Below are positions 49,616 to 60,863 of a DNA stretch of 64,000 bases, one piece after another; position 1 is the stretch's first letter, and each line of letters starts with the position of its first letter. A program made the position numbers and the translations under genes. Location of the stretch: the NCBI RefSeq assembly GCF_018977255.1, contig NW_024704742.1, positions 69,256,001 to 69,320,000 on the forward strand. Reading direction: 5' to 3'. Source of the stretch: Callorhinchus milii. Taxonomy: Eukaryota. The notes beneath the pieces are model-generated. The model saw only the letters and a program-made list of their open reading frames with translations. It ran no database searches and was not told where the DNA came from.

Positions 49616-50860
49616 TTAGGGGGCAAATTCAGGTAGTGGTAGTTTTATTTTTACACACAACACTGCAATAATCGCGCAGCGCCCTTTGCTTTTTGTACAG
49701 CTGATCCCTTTGCTGACGCTTCTATACATGAGTGGTCCGATTTTCCTTATCTGGAATGAGATAATTTTCATTATCTGGAATGATACCAAACATTTACTGA
49801 GCATTAATAATAACATAATAATCCTTTCATTTGATATAGTGCCTGATCATGTCCTCGAGAGAGCACAACATATATTAAAAAAGATATTGTTTATTTTCTG
49901 GGCAAAATGTGGCAGCCAATTGCACACAGTCGTGTCCCACAAACAGTCATGGATTGAGTGAACACATCATAATTTTTTAAATTTATTTTACACTTCACTC
50001 ACGACACTTTACAGTGAATCCTGCAAAGAGCTTTGAGACAGTTGCCATATCAAACACACACTTAAGAGACTTTTAAGTACAGAGACAGGTTTCCTGTCGC
50101 ATGTCGCATACCGGTGGGATGGAAAGAAAAAAGATTAGATGGAATTTCAGGCCTGCTCAGTGCCCCCCATCAGACGATTATCTTTTGGAGTCCTGTAGCT
50201 CAATTGTTAGAGCGCTCACCTCATAAGTGAGAGGACCTGGGTTCGATTCCCAGGCAGAGTGAAACGTTGGGCAGGTTTCCTTACTCCACGTGCCTCTGTT
50301 TATCCAGTAGTAAGTAGGAACCAAGTTGTTAGTCATAATCCCTTAAAAAAGAAACTTGGTCACTTCAAACCACGACTGTTTGTTGGCCACTGCTGGGCCC
50401 AATTGGCTGCCGCGTTTCACCCACAAAATATGCAGTCAATTTACTTTACAGTATATTCGGTGAAATGCTTTGAGACGCCTCGAAGATGTGATAAGGTGCC
50501 ATATCAAATGCAAGGATTATTATCTTTCTAGCGTTTGAGCGCTGGCTCAATGTGCTGACTCGGCATCTCACGCGCTGACAATCAGCCACCAGGAACTGAG
50601 CAATAAGAACATAAGAACATAAGAATTAGGAGCAGGAGTAGGCCATTCGGCCCCTCGAGCCTGCCCCACCATTCAATAAGATCATGGCTGATCTTCAGAC
50701 TTAACTCTAATTACCTGCCCTATCCACATATCCGCTATTCACTCTGTTTTTTAAAAATCTTTCAGTCTCAGCCTTGAGACTGATAGATTTTTAAAAATTA
50801 GAGGGATGACGCTCAGCAGTCAGTGGGTGACCTTGGTCAGAGGATAAAGGTTAAGTCTGA
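49616..50860 (-). pseudogene. Decayed tandem duplicate of the FABP1-like gene (exon 3 start, intron 3 block, exon 4, 3' UTR)
   Basis: Exon-4-like IRKIGPLMYRSVSKGIS follows an ATCTCATTCCAG acceptor (exon start 49750). The poly(A) context is shared. The intron block 50140-50603 (minus a SINE) resembles 58127-58259. An exon-3 acceptor-like sequence sits at about 50831. The stop is lost and exon 3 is truncated. Confidence 0.75.
50187..50524 (+). mobile_element. SINE family A inserted in the FABP duplicate's intron 3
   Basis: Full copy flanked by an ATTATCTTT direct repeat. It splits a block that is contiguous at 58127-58259. Confidence 0.85.
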
Positions 50861-52080
50861 ATCACAAGGAGTGCTCCTGTTACTTGGGTAAGGAATAAAG
50901 TGCTCACTCAGTCATTGAAATCTTCAAACAGAAAGTAGTAGTAGACCACTTAGTTGGTTCCCACATTTTGCTACTTTGAGACAGATCTTTTCCTGATCAC
51001 CCACCTACCCCCGGCTCCAACCCCCAGCTCGGGTGCAGCGTCAAACAACAACAACTTACATATACAAAACGCCCTTCACATGGGCTAACGTCCCGGAGAG
51101 CTTAAACGCTTTGGGATATCCTCCCGACATGAAAAGCGTTATATCAAATGCAAGATTATTATTAATGTGTTGTAATTTATGCTGTTTAACTACAAAACCC
51201 ACAGTCACTGCACTTTATCTGTCCTGGTCAACAATCCTCCCAGATAATAATAATAATTCTTGCATTTGATACAGTGCCTTATCGTTTTGCTGAGACACTT
51301 CAAAGCGCTTCACAGGATATACCCTAAAGTGGATTGACTGTGGGTGAAACGAAGGTGAGGACCTTGAAGTTGATCCACTGAGACAGGAAGACAGTAAAGC
51401 TTGGCCACTCTCTCACCACTTTCCCTCATGTGACCATTCCCTCAGTCACTACACCTTGTGGGAAGAGGCTTCAATATACCAGAGGCTTCAATATACCTGA
51501 GCCAGAACTTCCTAGCTCAATCGTTTTGCCTCGACCCTCTTTATTCCTCCAGCACAGTGATTCTTTGGAACGTCCTCCCGGCATGAAAACCGCTACATAA
51601 ATATAAATTGTCCGACCTGAAGACCTACCTTTCCGACCGTGATTACGGCCATCTTCCCCATCTGCCTTGCTTGGCGTCCAACCACACCAGCGTGCAACTC
51701 TCTGAGACGCTGTCCTGCATGAAGGGCAAGGTGTTGTTGCTTGTCCTCAAGCCTCTGATGCTAAACTGCCCTTTTCAATGTATTCTCTGGGATTAGGTAA
51801 GCAGGATGCGAACCTCCATGGGAGAGAGAGCGCACTCCACTGCTAGACCCGGGAAAATTTACACGTGCATGTGGAACTCTCGTAGTTTGGTCGATCTTAA
51901 GCACGGTGAAGGGTTTCCATATGGTTCAGACGCCCATCTGACCAACAAAACGATTTGATGATTTTGTAATCATTTTTATTTGATGTTGAATATGCATCGC
52001 AATACATAAGCAAAGAGACAAAAGCCATTTGCAGTAGAATTAATCTCCAACCAACGCAAAACTCAGCTGCTTATGTTCGT

Positions 52081-52395
52081 GGAGTCCTGCAGCTCAGTAG
52101 TTAGAGCACTCGCCTTGCAAGCGAGACACTTGGGTTCAATTCCAGGCAGAGCGAAACCTTGGGCAAGTTTCCTTACTCCACATACCTAATAACAATCCCT
52201 CAAAAAACAAAACAATAATAAATTGGTCATTTTCAATGCACGACTGTTTGTGGGATACGGCTGTGCGCAATTGACTGCCGTGTTTCGTCCACAAATAACA
52301 GTCAATTCACTTTACAGCATATTCTGTGAAGCGCTTTGAGACGTCTAGAAGATGTGAAAAAGCTCTATGTCAAATGCAAGGATTATTAGTATTAT
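52081..52395 (+). mobile_element. SINE family A, short subfamily
   Basis: Same head, internal deletion and core as the copy at 20480. Confidence 0.85.
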
Positions 52396-53039
52396 CATCA
52401 AACTCTGCTGCCTCATCACCCAGTCCTGCCAAGCTTTGCTGGCTCCATGTTTCCCCACTGATTGACTTCAAGGTCCTCACGTCACCCTCACCAGATCTCC
52501 TCCAGCCCTATTCCTCTGCTCGTTCCCCTCTGCTCAGCTAACTCAGGGTCCCCTATGCTTCTCACCCACCCCAGTTTAACGTCTCATCCAAAGGACGGCA
52601 CCTCCGGCAATGCAACACCCGAGTGTCCAGCACTGCATTGGAATACCATCTTAGACTGTGCGATTCCAAGACCTCATGTGGGGTTTGTACCCACAACCTT
52701 CTGAGTCAGAGGCGAGAGTTGTGCTAAACTGAGGTACCATCTACCAGCGGATGTTAAAGATTCCAGGGCACACTATAGGAAAAGAGAATCATCAAATTTT
52801 TCTACCATTGGCAGATGAATGAACCATAAGCAACTATGCCCCTGAACTCCTGAACTCCATCCCTCTTCCCCTTTGTCCGGACCACCCGCCCTACTCTAAT
52901 CCCACTTGAAAATCTACCTCGTCGACCTGCCTACATCACCTCCCCTTGATCCTTCCCCTTTGGTCTGCCCACTATCTCTGTGAAGTGCTCAGAGAGGTTA
53001 ATTTGAATTTCTCATCTTGAACTCACTGGGACTATAAGA

Positions 53040-55645
53040 TTGTGCCACTCTCCCCACGATAACCCACGCCAGTGGGTTAACCATGCCTCGCTGCCCCCCT
53101 CCCNACCCATTCGCTCTTGGTCTTGGTGTACAAATTTTCACTGCTGCCAGTGACTCAAGCAGCTTCCCCAAAATGCTCTACCCTGCATTACTTCTGCGGT
53201 CCTCCTCTCCCACCGCCCTCCCCAACTCCTATCCCTGCTCGATTGTCCGCAGCCTCCCTCTGCTCCACCCTGCGAATCCTCCATTGGGCCCACCGTGGCA
53301 GATGCTGCTGGCTTTCTAACACCAAACACTCTGACTGCCCTATGCCCCAGTCTCGCCGCAAAGGCCATCGGGCCCTGATCCCCGGGGCCAACCTCTCCTC
53401 CCTCATCTACAGCCCCACCCACCCTGTCATTCCTTCCCCTCCCCCCCTTGACCCCACATTCTGCCACCAACTGTTCCCTCTGCATCGGCCAACAAAATGT
53501 CTGCTCCGTCTCCAATAAAACACTCACCATCCAAGATCTCATTGTCGACAATAACATCGACATTTTCGCCATCACCGAAAATGGGATCACTCCAGGCGAC
53601 ACCTTCCCCTGATAGAGACCAAACCACACAGCTACATCTTCCATCATACCCCACATCTTCTCTCTCCCTTCTGCTCTGAACATGTCCTCATCTTAGGCGA
53701 ATTAAACCTTCATTTCAACCCCTCCTGCTATACCTCTGCTGAATTCTCCTCCCTTATCTCCTCCCTCAACTTCTCCTCCACATCCACTCTGCAACCCATG
53801 TCCACAGTCACCCCCTCAACCTGCCTTGGAGTCATCTGAACCTCTGGGCTTCCTCCTGCAATGACCTATCCTCCTCCTTTAAATCGTCGTTCTAACTCCA
53901 AAACAATCTTGGAGGCCAAGGACAAGCCCAGGCTCCTCTTCTCCATCTCCAACCGAATCCTCTGCCCACACTCTCACGTTTCACCAATCCTCATCTCCAT
54001 TGCCAACTGAGAGACGATGCTGGACTTCCTTGAATCCAAAGTTGAGGGATCCACTCAGCTGCCTTGTCCTTCTGTCTACTACCACCTCACATTTCCCCCT
54101 CCCACTCTGGCCCCTACCCATCCCTCCCTCCACACCTTTGAAACTGTTTCCCACTCCTCTCTCACCACCAATATAACCTGCATGAAACCAACCACTTGCT
54201 ACCTCGACCCCATCCCTACCCCTCTCCTTACCTTCCAGCTCCACCTCCTTGACTCTACTCATAGACATCATAAACCTCTCCAAGTCCACTGGCACTATTC
54301 CCAGTCCTTTAAAAACGGCCATCATCACTCCTATCCTTAAAAAACCTTGACTGGACCCAACCCTGCTCTCAAACTACAGTCCCATCTCCAACCTCCCTCT
54401 CCTTTTCCAAGGTCCTAGAGGCAGTCGTTGCTTCCCAGCTTCGCTCCTTCCTCTCCTGCCACTCCCTTCTTGAACCCCTCCAATCGGGTTTCCTAGCCGT
54501 CCATAGCACAGAAACAGCCCTGGTCTAAGTAACAAATGACATTCTGTCCATCTGCAACCAGGGATCCCTCTGCCTGCTTCTCCTCATTGACCTCGCTGCT
54601 GCCTTCAACACCGTTGACTACTCTATCCTCATCTACCACCTCACATCTCACCTCAACCTTCATGGCTCTGTCCTTGACTGGTTCAGACCATACCTCTCAC
54701 ACTGCCTCCATTTCATCTCCATAAACAATTTCTCCTCCAAGCCACTGCACAGTCTTGTGCAGCGTTCCTCAGGCTCCGTCCTTGGTCTGTCTTGCCCTGT
54801 CACTCTTCAATATCTATATGCTCCCTCTTGGTGACATCATCCGTAGATACGGGGTCAAATTCCACATGTATGCAAATGACACCCAACTCTACCTCTCCCC
54901 CTCACTCTTGACTCCAGGACCACTGCTGTCCTGACAGAATGTCTGTCAGACATCAAGTCCTGGATGAGAGTGAACTTTCTTCTGTTGAACGTCAACAAGA
55001 CCGAGTCTCTCCTGATTGGCTGCTGTCAGAGCCTCCGCATTTCAGGCGCTGATAGCATCACCATCCAAGGATGCACACTCCACCTTGCTAAGCCAGTCCG
55101 GGACCTTGGCGTCTTGTTTGACCCTCAACTATCCTTTCTCTCCCACATCCAAGCCATGACCCGCTCTGCCTTTCCTCACCTCTTCAACATCGCCTGGCTC
55201 CACCGCAGGACGCTGAAACCCTCACACATGCATTCAGAACATCCAGGCTTTACTATGCAAACTCACTGCTTATTGGACTCCCCAACTCCTCCCTCCATAG
55301 GCTGCAGGTCATCCAGAACTCTGAAGCCGGTGTCCTCTCCCGTACCAGGCTCTGTGACCTTATCACCCCCATCCTTGCTTGACTCCGCTGGCTTCCCATC
55401 ACTCAGAGGATACAATTCAAATTCCTGGTCCTCACCTTCAAACCCTTATATGGCCTTGCATCACCCTACCTCTGCAACCTCCTGAGCCCCTACAATCCTT
55501 CCAGCTCCCTCCGCTCAGCGGGCTCTGGCCTTCTTCACATCCCCTGCCCACCTTTGGCAGGCAGGCCTTCAGCCACTCTGCCTCCACCCTCAGGAACTCC
55601 ATCCAACAGTCCCTCCTCCTCACCCCCATCCTTACCTCCTTGAAG
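53040..55645 (+). mobile_element. Older degenerate L2 LINE with endonuclease and RT remnants
   Basis: IVDNNIDIFAITE-like APE motif near 53540 and YANDTQLY near 54870. Multiple stops and frameshifts. Confidence 0.85.
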
Positions 55646-55646
55646 A

Positions 55647-56468
55647 CAACAACAACAAGATTCCATTTATTGAGCGCCTTTCACTTCGGGAAGACGTCCC
55701 AAGGCGCTGTACAGTTGGGTCAGGACCCGAGCAGGGGGGAAACGGTCAGGGTGAGGGGAGGGAAGGGAGGGAGCGAGGAGGGGGCAGAGAGTCGAGAGGG
55801 GAGCTGAAGGCACGGTCAAAGAGAAAGGTTTTGAGACCGGCCTTGAAGGAGGAAAGGGAGGAGCCGGCGAAGGCACTGGGGGATAGAGTTCCAGAGCCTC
55901 GGTGCTGAGAGGCTGAAGGCCCGGCCACCGATGGTAGGGCGGTTGGGGCGGGGGATGTGGAGCAGACCGGAGCCAGAGGAACGGAGGGTACGGGCAGGTA
56001 AGTAGGGGATAGTAGGTCGGAGAGGTAGGAGGGAGCGAGGCCGTGAATGGCCTTGTAGGTGAGGATGAGGATCTTGAATTCGATCCTCTGGGGGATGGAG
56101 AGCCAGTGGAGGCGAGCGAGGGTGGGAGTGATGTGGTCCCGAAGCCTGGTGCGGGACAGTACACGAGCTGCAGAGTTCTGAATGACCTGCAGCTTGTGGA
56201 GGGAGGGAGGTGGCGGGAAGGCCGGCGAGGAGAGAGTTCCCATAGTCCAGCCTTGAGGTGATAAAGGCGTGGACCAGAGTTTCAGCAGCGTGAGGGGTGA
56301 GGTAGTGCCGTAGTCTGGCGATATTCCGGAGGTGATGGAAGGCGGTGCCAGTTGTGGCGCGGATATGAGGGAGAAAGGACAGCTCAGGGTCGAACAGAAC
56401 CCCGAGGTTCCTGACCGGATGTGAGAGGTTGAGAGTGCAGCCTTGGATGCTGATGCTGTCAGCGCCTG
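55647..56468 (-). mobile_element. Young 5'-truncated L2 LINE, near-identical to the 3' part of 43239-44670
   Basis: KLQVIQNSAARVLSRTRLRDHITPTLARLHWL, with the same 3' UTR and tail. Confidence 0.92.
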
Positions 56469-56697
56469 ACCAAGACCTATCTTAAGACCCTCCTCTTCGA
56501 TGGTGCTTTCAATCATCCTGCTTCCCCCCCCGCCCTCCAACCTCCCCAATCCCGACCCCCAGCTCGGGTCCGAAATACTGACTGTCCAGCCCTTTGGGAT
56601 GTCCTCCCGATGTGAAAAGCGCGATACAAATGTAATTTTGTTGTTCTTTTTGTTAATCTGACGTAACGTTGTACTATACTGAAGTAGAATTGGTAGT

Positions 56698-56703
56698 TTT
56701 ATT
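56698..56703 (-). terminator. FABP1-like polyadenylation signal (AATAAA)
   Basis: About 42 nt after the stop. The same AAAATAAAACTACCA context recurs in the duplicate copy around 49637-49651. Confidence 0.75.
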
Positions 56704-56744
56704 TTAACAGAAAGTGTTGTGCAATTAATTACACAATGTCCCTT

Positions 56745-56798
56745 TCACTTGACCTTTATGCTGACAGACTTGTAGACGATATCTCCATCAGTCATTGT
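56745..56798 (-). CDS. FABP1: FABP1-like exon 4 (54 nt including TGA; not in the ORF track)
   Basis: TMTDGDIVYKSVSIKVK* versus human TMTLGDIVFKRISKRI*. TTCCAG acceptor. Confidence 0.88.
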   Translation of the reverse strand, partial: TMTDGDIVYKSVSIKVK

Positions 56799-58340
56799 CT
56801 GGAACGAGATGATAAAATAACAACAACTTGGATTTATATAACGCCCTCAACGCCCGATGGCGTCTCAGAGAGCTTCACAATAACAGATCCCGGGGCCGAG
56901 CCAGTGGGAGGGGGAGGAAGGTGACCAAAATTTATGAAGTAGTAACTGTGTACTGTGTAGGGGAACATGACAGCCAGCTTTCATGCAGTAATGCCCCGCA
57001 AATAGTCATAAAGTCTGTGGTTTCCTGTAGCTCAGTGGTTAGAGCACTTGTTTTGCAAGCGAGAGACCTGGGTTTGATTCCCGGCAGAGTGAAACCTTGG
57101 GGAAGTTTCCTTGCTCCATTACTTATTATGCCTGATAATAATCCCTCAAGAAAAAAAAACAATAATAGAAGACGTGCAAAGCGCTATATCAAATGCAAGA
57201 ATTATTATTATTATAAAGTCAATGACCGATTTTATCTGGGGCATTGTGGGCCATGACAGCAGGAGAGAGAAACTCTCTTCTCTTTTCCAATAATGCCATA
57301 GGATCTTTAACATCCACCGGTAGGTGGGACCTCAGTTTAGTGTCAGCCTGGCTCAGAGGTTACACTCTCACCTCAATTTTCTTTGGTGGAATGGGATTAT
57401 TACTTCCGGAAAGCGATCCGCCAATCGACTAATTACTGTTAGGTAAACAGGCATTTAGAGTAAGGAAACTTGCCTCAGGTTATGCCCTACCCAGGAATCA
57501 AACACAGGTCCTCTCGGTTGCGAGGCGAGTGTGCTAACCACTACACTATGGGATTTCAGAATTTCTTTGAGATGTCCTTCTGATGTGATAAGGCGCTATA
57601 CCAAACGCAAGGATTATTATTAACGTATCATGAGAAAGACAGCGACTCTGACAATGTAGTACTGCCCCCAGCACTGGACTGGAGCATCAGCCTAGACTGG
57701 CAGCTCAAAGTCCCAAAAGTGCAACTTGAACCCACAATCTTCTGACTCAACAACAACAACAAATAACACTGCATATTGGAAAGACATCCCAGGATGCTGG
57801 AAAGAAAGAGTGCTGCTGCCATTCACATTGGCAGCATGTCCCAAAGCACTTGTGACTGGGCACCCAAGACAGGAGTAGGAGACAAGCTCGGGTGGGTGGA
57901 GGTGTGGGGGTGGGTGGGCGGGATGGGGCGGTGTATGAGTCCGAAAGCACAGTTCAATAGGAAAGACGGCTTCAAAAAGTAAAGCTGATTTTAAAATACT
58001 AACAAATTTGGGACGCTGTGAAATGTCAAAAATATCAGAGGAAATCTAGACCCAGGAGGATTCCCCACCACCCCACCCGTACTCTCCCCCCTCCCCCACC
58101 CTATGGGCTATAAGACTGAGACGACGTGGAATTTCAGGCCATGACTCAGCTCCCGAAGTGCCTCCCATTGGAGCCTAATCTTTCCAATGTTTGAGGGCTG
58201 ATGTATTCCACAGACTTGGCATTGCACACACTGACAATCAGCCACGAGGAGCTGAGCAAAGGCTCACCAGGAGTCCTGCTCCCCAACCTCATCCACGTCC
58301 ATCCAACTTTCCCCAGCCATTCCTCTCAATAGCAACTTAC

Positions 58341-58433
58341 ACTAATCAATTTGTTCCCTTTCAGCTCGGTGACAGTCTTCACGTTGTCCATTTTTCCGAT
58401 CAGTCTAGTGGGTCCATCAGAGTTGACCGTTAC
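58341..58433 (-). CDS. FABP1: FABP1-like exon 3 (93 nt; not in the ORF track)
   Basis: VTVNSDGPTRLIGKMDNVKTVTELKGNKLIS resembles human [31 protein letters not shown]. AAG acceptor, GTAAGT donor. A 93-nt exon 3 fits FABP1. Confidence 0.88.
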
Positions 58434-59280
58434 CTTGGTGAGAAATATAGAGCTCAGTCATTCATGTGTTCATATGGCTTCAGGGGAGGCCACTTCAATA
58501 CACTGAGGAAGATCTATTTTGGTTGACTGCCTGACCAGTGGTAGCGCTCTCGCCTCTGGGTCAGGAGGTTGTGGGTTCAAGCATATCGGGACCACTTTAC
58601 ACTGCGAAGCGCTTTGAGACGTCTCGATGATGTGCTAAGGCACTATATCAAATGCAAGGATTATTATAAAATACACAGTCACAACACTTTACCAGTCCTG
58701 GACATTGAGCTACAGGACTCCACGAGTTCCAATGCACTTTTCTCCCAGTGTCCTTGTCAACAAATCCCAAATAAAATTGGTCATTTACTTCATGGCTGTT
58801 TGTGGGACACTGTTGTGCACAAACTGGCTGCAGCGTTTCGCCCACAAAATATACAGTCAAAACCACTTTACACTGCGAAGCGCTTTGACACGTCTCGATG
58901 ATGTGCTAACGCACTGTATTAAAAGCAAGGATTATTACAAAGTACACAGACATTACACTTTACCTGTCCTGGACAATAATCCTGACCCATAAAATTCATT
59001 GTTAACTTGTGGGACATTGCTGTGGGCACATTGACTGCAACTACACTTTCCAGTAACAGTACAGTTGAAGCGCTTTGAGAGGACTTGATGACTTGGAATT
59101 GTTCAACATCAAATATAAGGAATATTATTTATTATTTGTATTATTTATCCCCACTTCCCCATCCACCTTGGTACAGATCTGTTTGAGGTCTATAAGTTCA
59201 CCTGGTCTCAGCCTTAACACAACTATGCAACGCTTCATCATTTTGTTTCGTTACAATAACATTTCTTAATGTTTCTCAGG

Positions 59281-59702
59281 TGTCAATCTGGCTCAGTCGA
59301 TTGCGCTCTCGCCCCTGATTCAGAAGGTTGTGGGCTCAAGTCCCAAACTAGCTCCATTTGGAACTCCTGTAGTTTAGGCTAACACTCCAATGCAGTGCTG
59401 GGGGAAAGCTGCATTAACAGAGGTGCCGTCATTCGGATGAGACAAGGTACCCTCTGCCTGTTCAGGCGGATGTTAAAGATCCCGTGGCACTACTGAAAAA
59501 GAGAAGAGAGTTTCTCACAATGTCCTGATCGACAATCCTCCAGTTAAATCAGTCAGTCAATTGTTTGTGGGAAATTGCTATGTGCAAAACTGGCTGCCAC
59601 TTTCGCCTGCAAAATACACAGTGACAGTAAAATCCTTTGAAGCACTTTGAGATGTCTTGATGACAGGATAAAGTGCTGAATCAAATGCAAGGATTATTAT
59701 TA
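59281..59702 (+). mobile_element. SINE family B, Deu-domain (SacSINE1/AmnSINE1-like); dozens of fragments across the window
   Basis: TGGCTCAG tRNA-like head, Deu-type core (TCGGATGAGAC...TTAAAGATCCC.TGGCACTA...TGTCCTG) and L2-type tail. The family assignment is from recalled consensus. Confidence 0.8.
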
Positions 59703-60114
59703 ACCAAAACGGGGTGACATGATGCTGACATGTAGATTTGGTTCTATGATTTTTAAGGTTTACTCTGAATAAGACCAGAGAGAAACCTTATAACAACACA
59801 ACAGGATTTATTTAGTGCCTTCATACAGAGTAGCTCGGAACGTTTAACAGTGGTGGAGCCTAACACCGAGGCAGGTGAGAGAGGAGGTGACTGTAAGTAT
59901 GGTTAAACAAGAGCCCAGCCTAACAAATAACATAGAGAGGGTTACAGAGAGCGAGAAGTGAGGGAGAGGTGACAAAGACTTCAGGAAGGAAAGGGAGTTT
60001 GATTACAGAAAAAAGATAATAAAAACTATGCGTAGACCTGTGATTTTTTNAAAAGATTGCGTGCAGAAGTGATGTCAGTAAACCCACACTAACTCAGTAG
60101 GCCCTTCACATTTT

Positions 60115-60505
60115 TCCTCGCCACTGGCTCCCTGTCATAGAACAAATCGATTTCCAGATCCTCTCACTCGTCTACAAATCCCTTCACATTCTGAGACCTC
60201 CCTACCTTTATGATTTGCTTTCTCTCCGCTAGCTCTGGCCTCCTGCTCATCCTTCGTCCCCTCTGCTCCATCATCAGCAGCCGTGCTTTCAGCCACTGCA
60301 CACCAAAGCTTTGGAACTCTATCCCACAATCCCTCCACCTTGCCTCCTCTTTCTCCTCTTTTAGATCATGACTGAAGACTTTCCTCTTTGACTGAGTTTA
60401 AGGTCACCACCTCCCTCCCCCCGGCTCAATGTCATGCTCCGCCATTGTTTAAGCGCTCTGAGACATTGCCCTGTGTGAAGAGCGCTGTGTAAATTCAAGT
60501 TCTTG
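60115..60505 (+). mobile_element. L2 3' fragment in FABP intron 2
   Basis: HWLPV..IDFQIL..VYKSL remnant and L2 tail. Confidence 0.75.
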
Positions 60506-60690
60506 TCATGCATTTAATTTTTAGCTGTTGGTACGGGAGGAGATTTTGAAATGCCATCTCCATACCTCGCCTCTCACTAGCCAAATGACTATCTTCTGTG
60601 CTGTGAATATCTATGGCTGTATGAAGCATGGCGTGCCCTGGCATCAAGTCTCAGATGAATGTTTGGAGTCACGTGATTGAGGTAAGTTAC

Positions 60691-60863
60691 CTTGAACTTT
60701 TTTCCAGTGAAGGTATGAATCATTGCCTCTTTCCCCAGAGTAAACTCGTTGACGTGTTGCCTGTTGCTTAATGAGGTGATCATTTTGAAATGGTCGCCTT
60801 CTTGGATGATATCGGTCACCCAGCCAATGGCCTTAGTTTGCTCAATGTCTTCATTTGAGAGAC
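60691..60863 (-). CDS. FABP1: Liver-type fatty acid-binding protein (FABP1-like), exon 2 (173 nt)
   Basis: (G)LSNEDIEQTKAI...QEGDHFK...NEFTLGKE...TFTGKKFK aligns by eye to FABP1 exon 2. The size is typical, the sites are TAG/GTA, and FABP1 neighbours THNSL2 in human. Confidence 0.88.

Noticed and set aside
51355..51410. Possible exon 2 end of the FABP duplicate (ACCTTGAAGTTGATCCACTG)
   Set aside because: It fits an antisense L2 fragment better and there is no FABP-like peptide.
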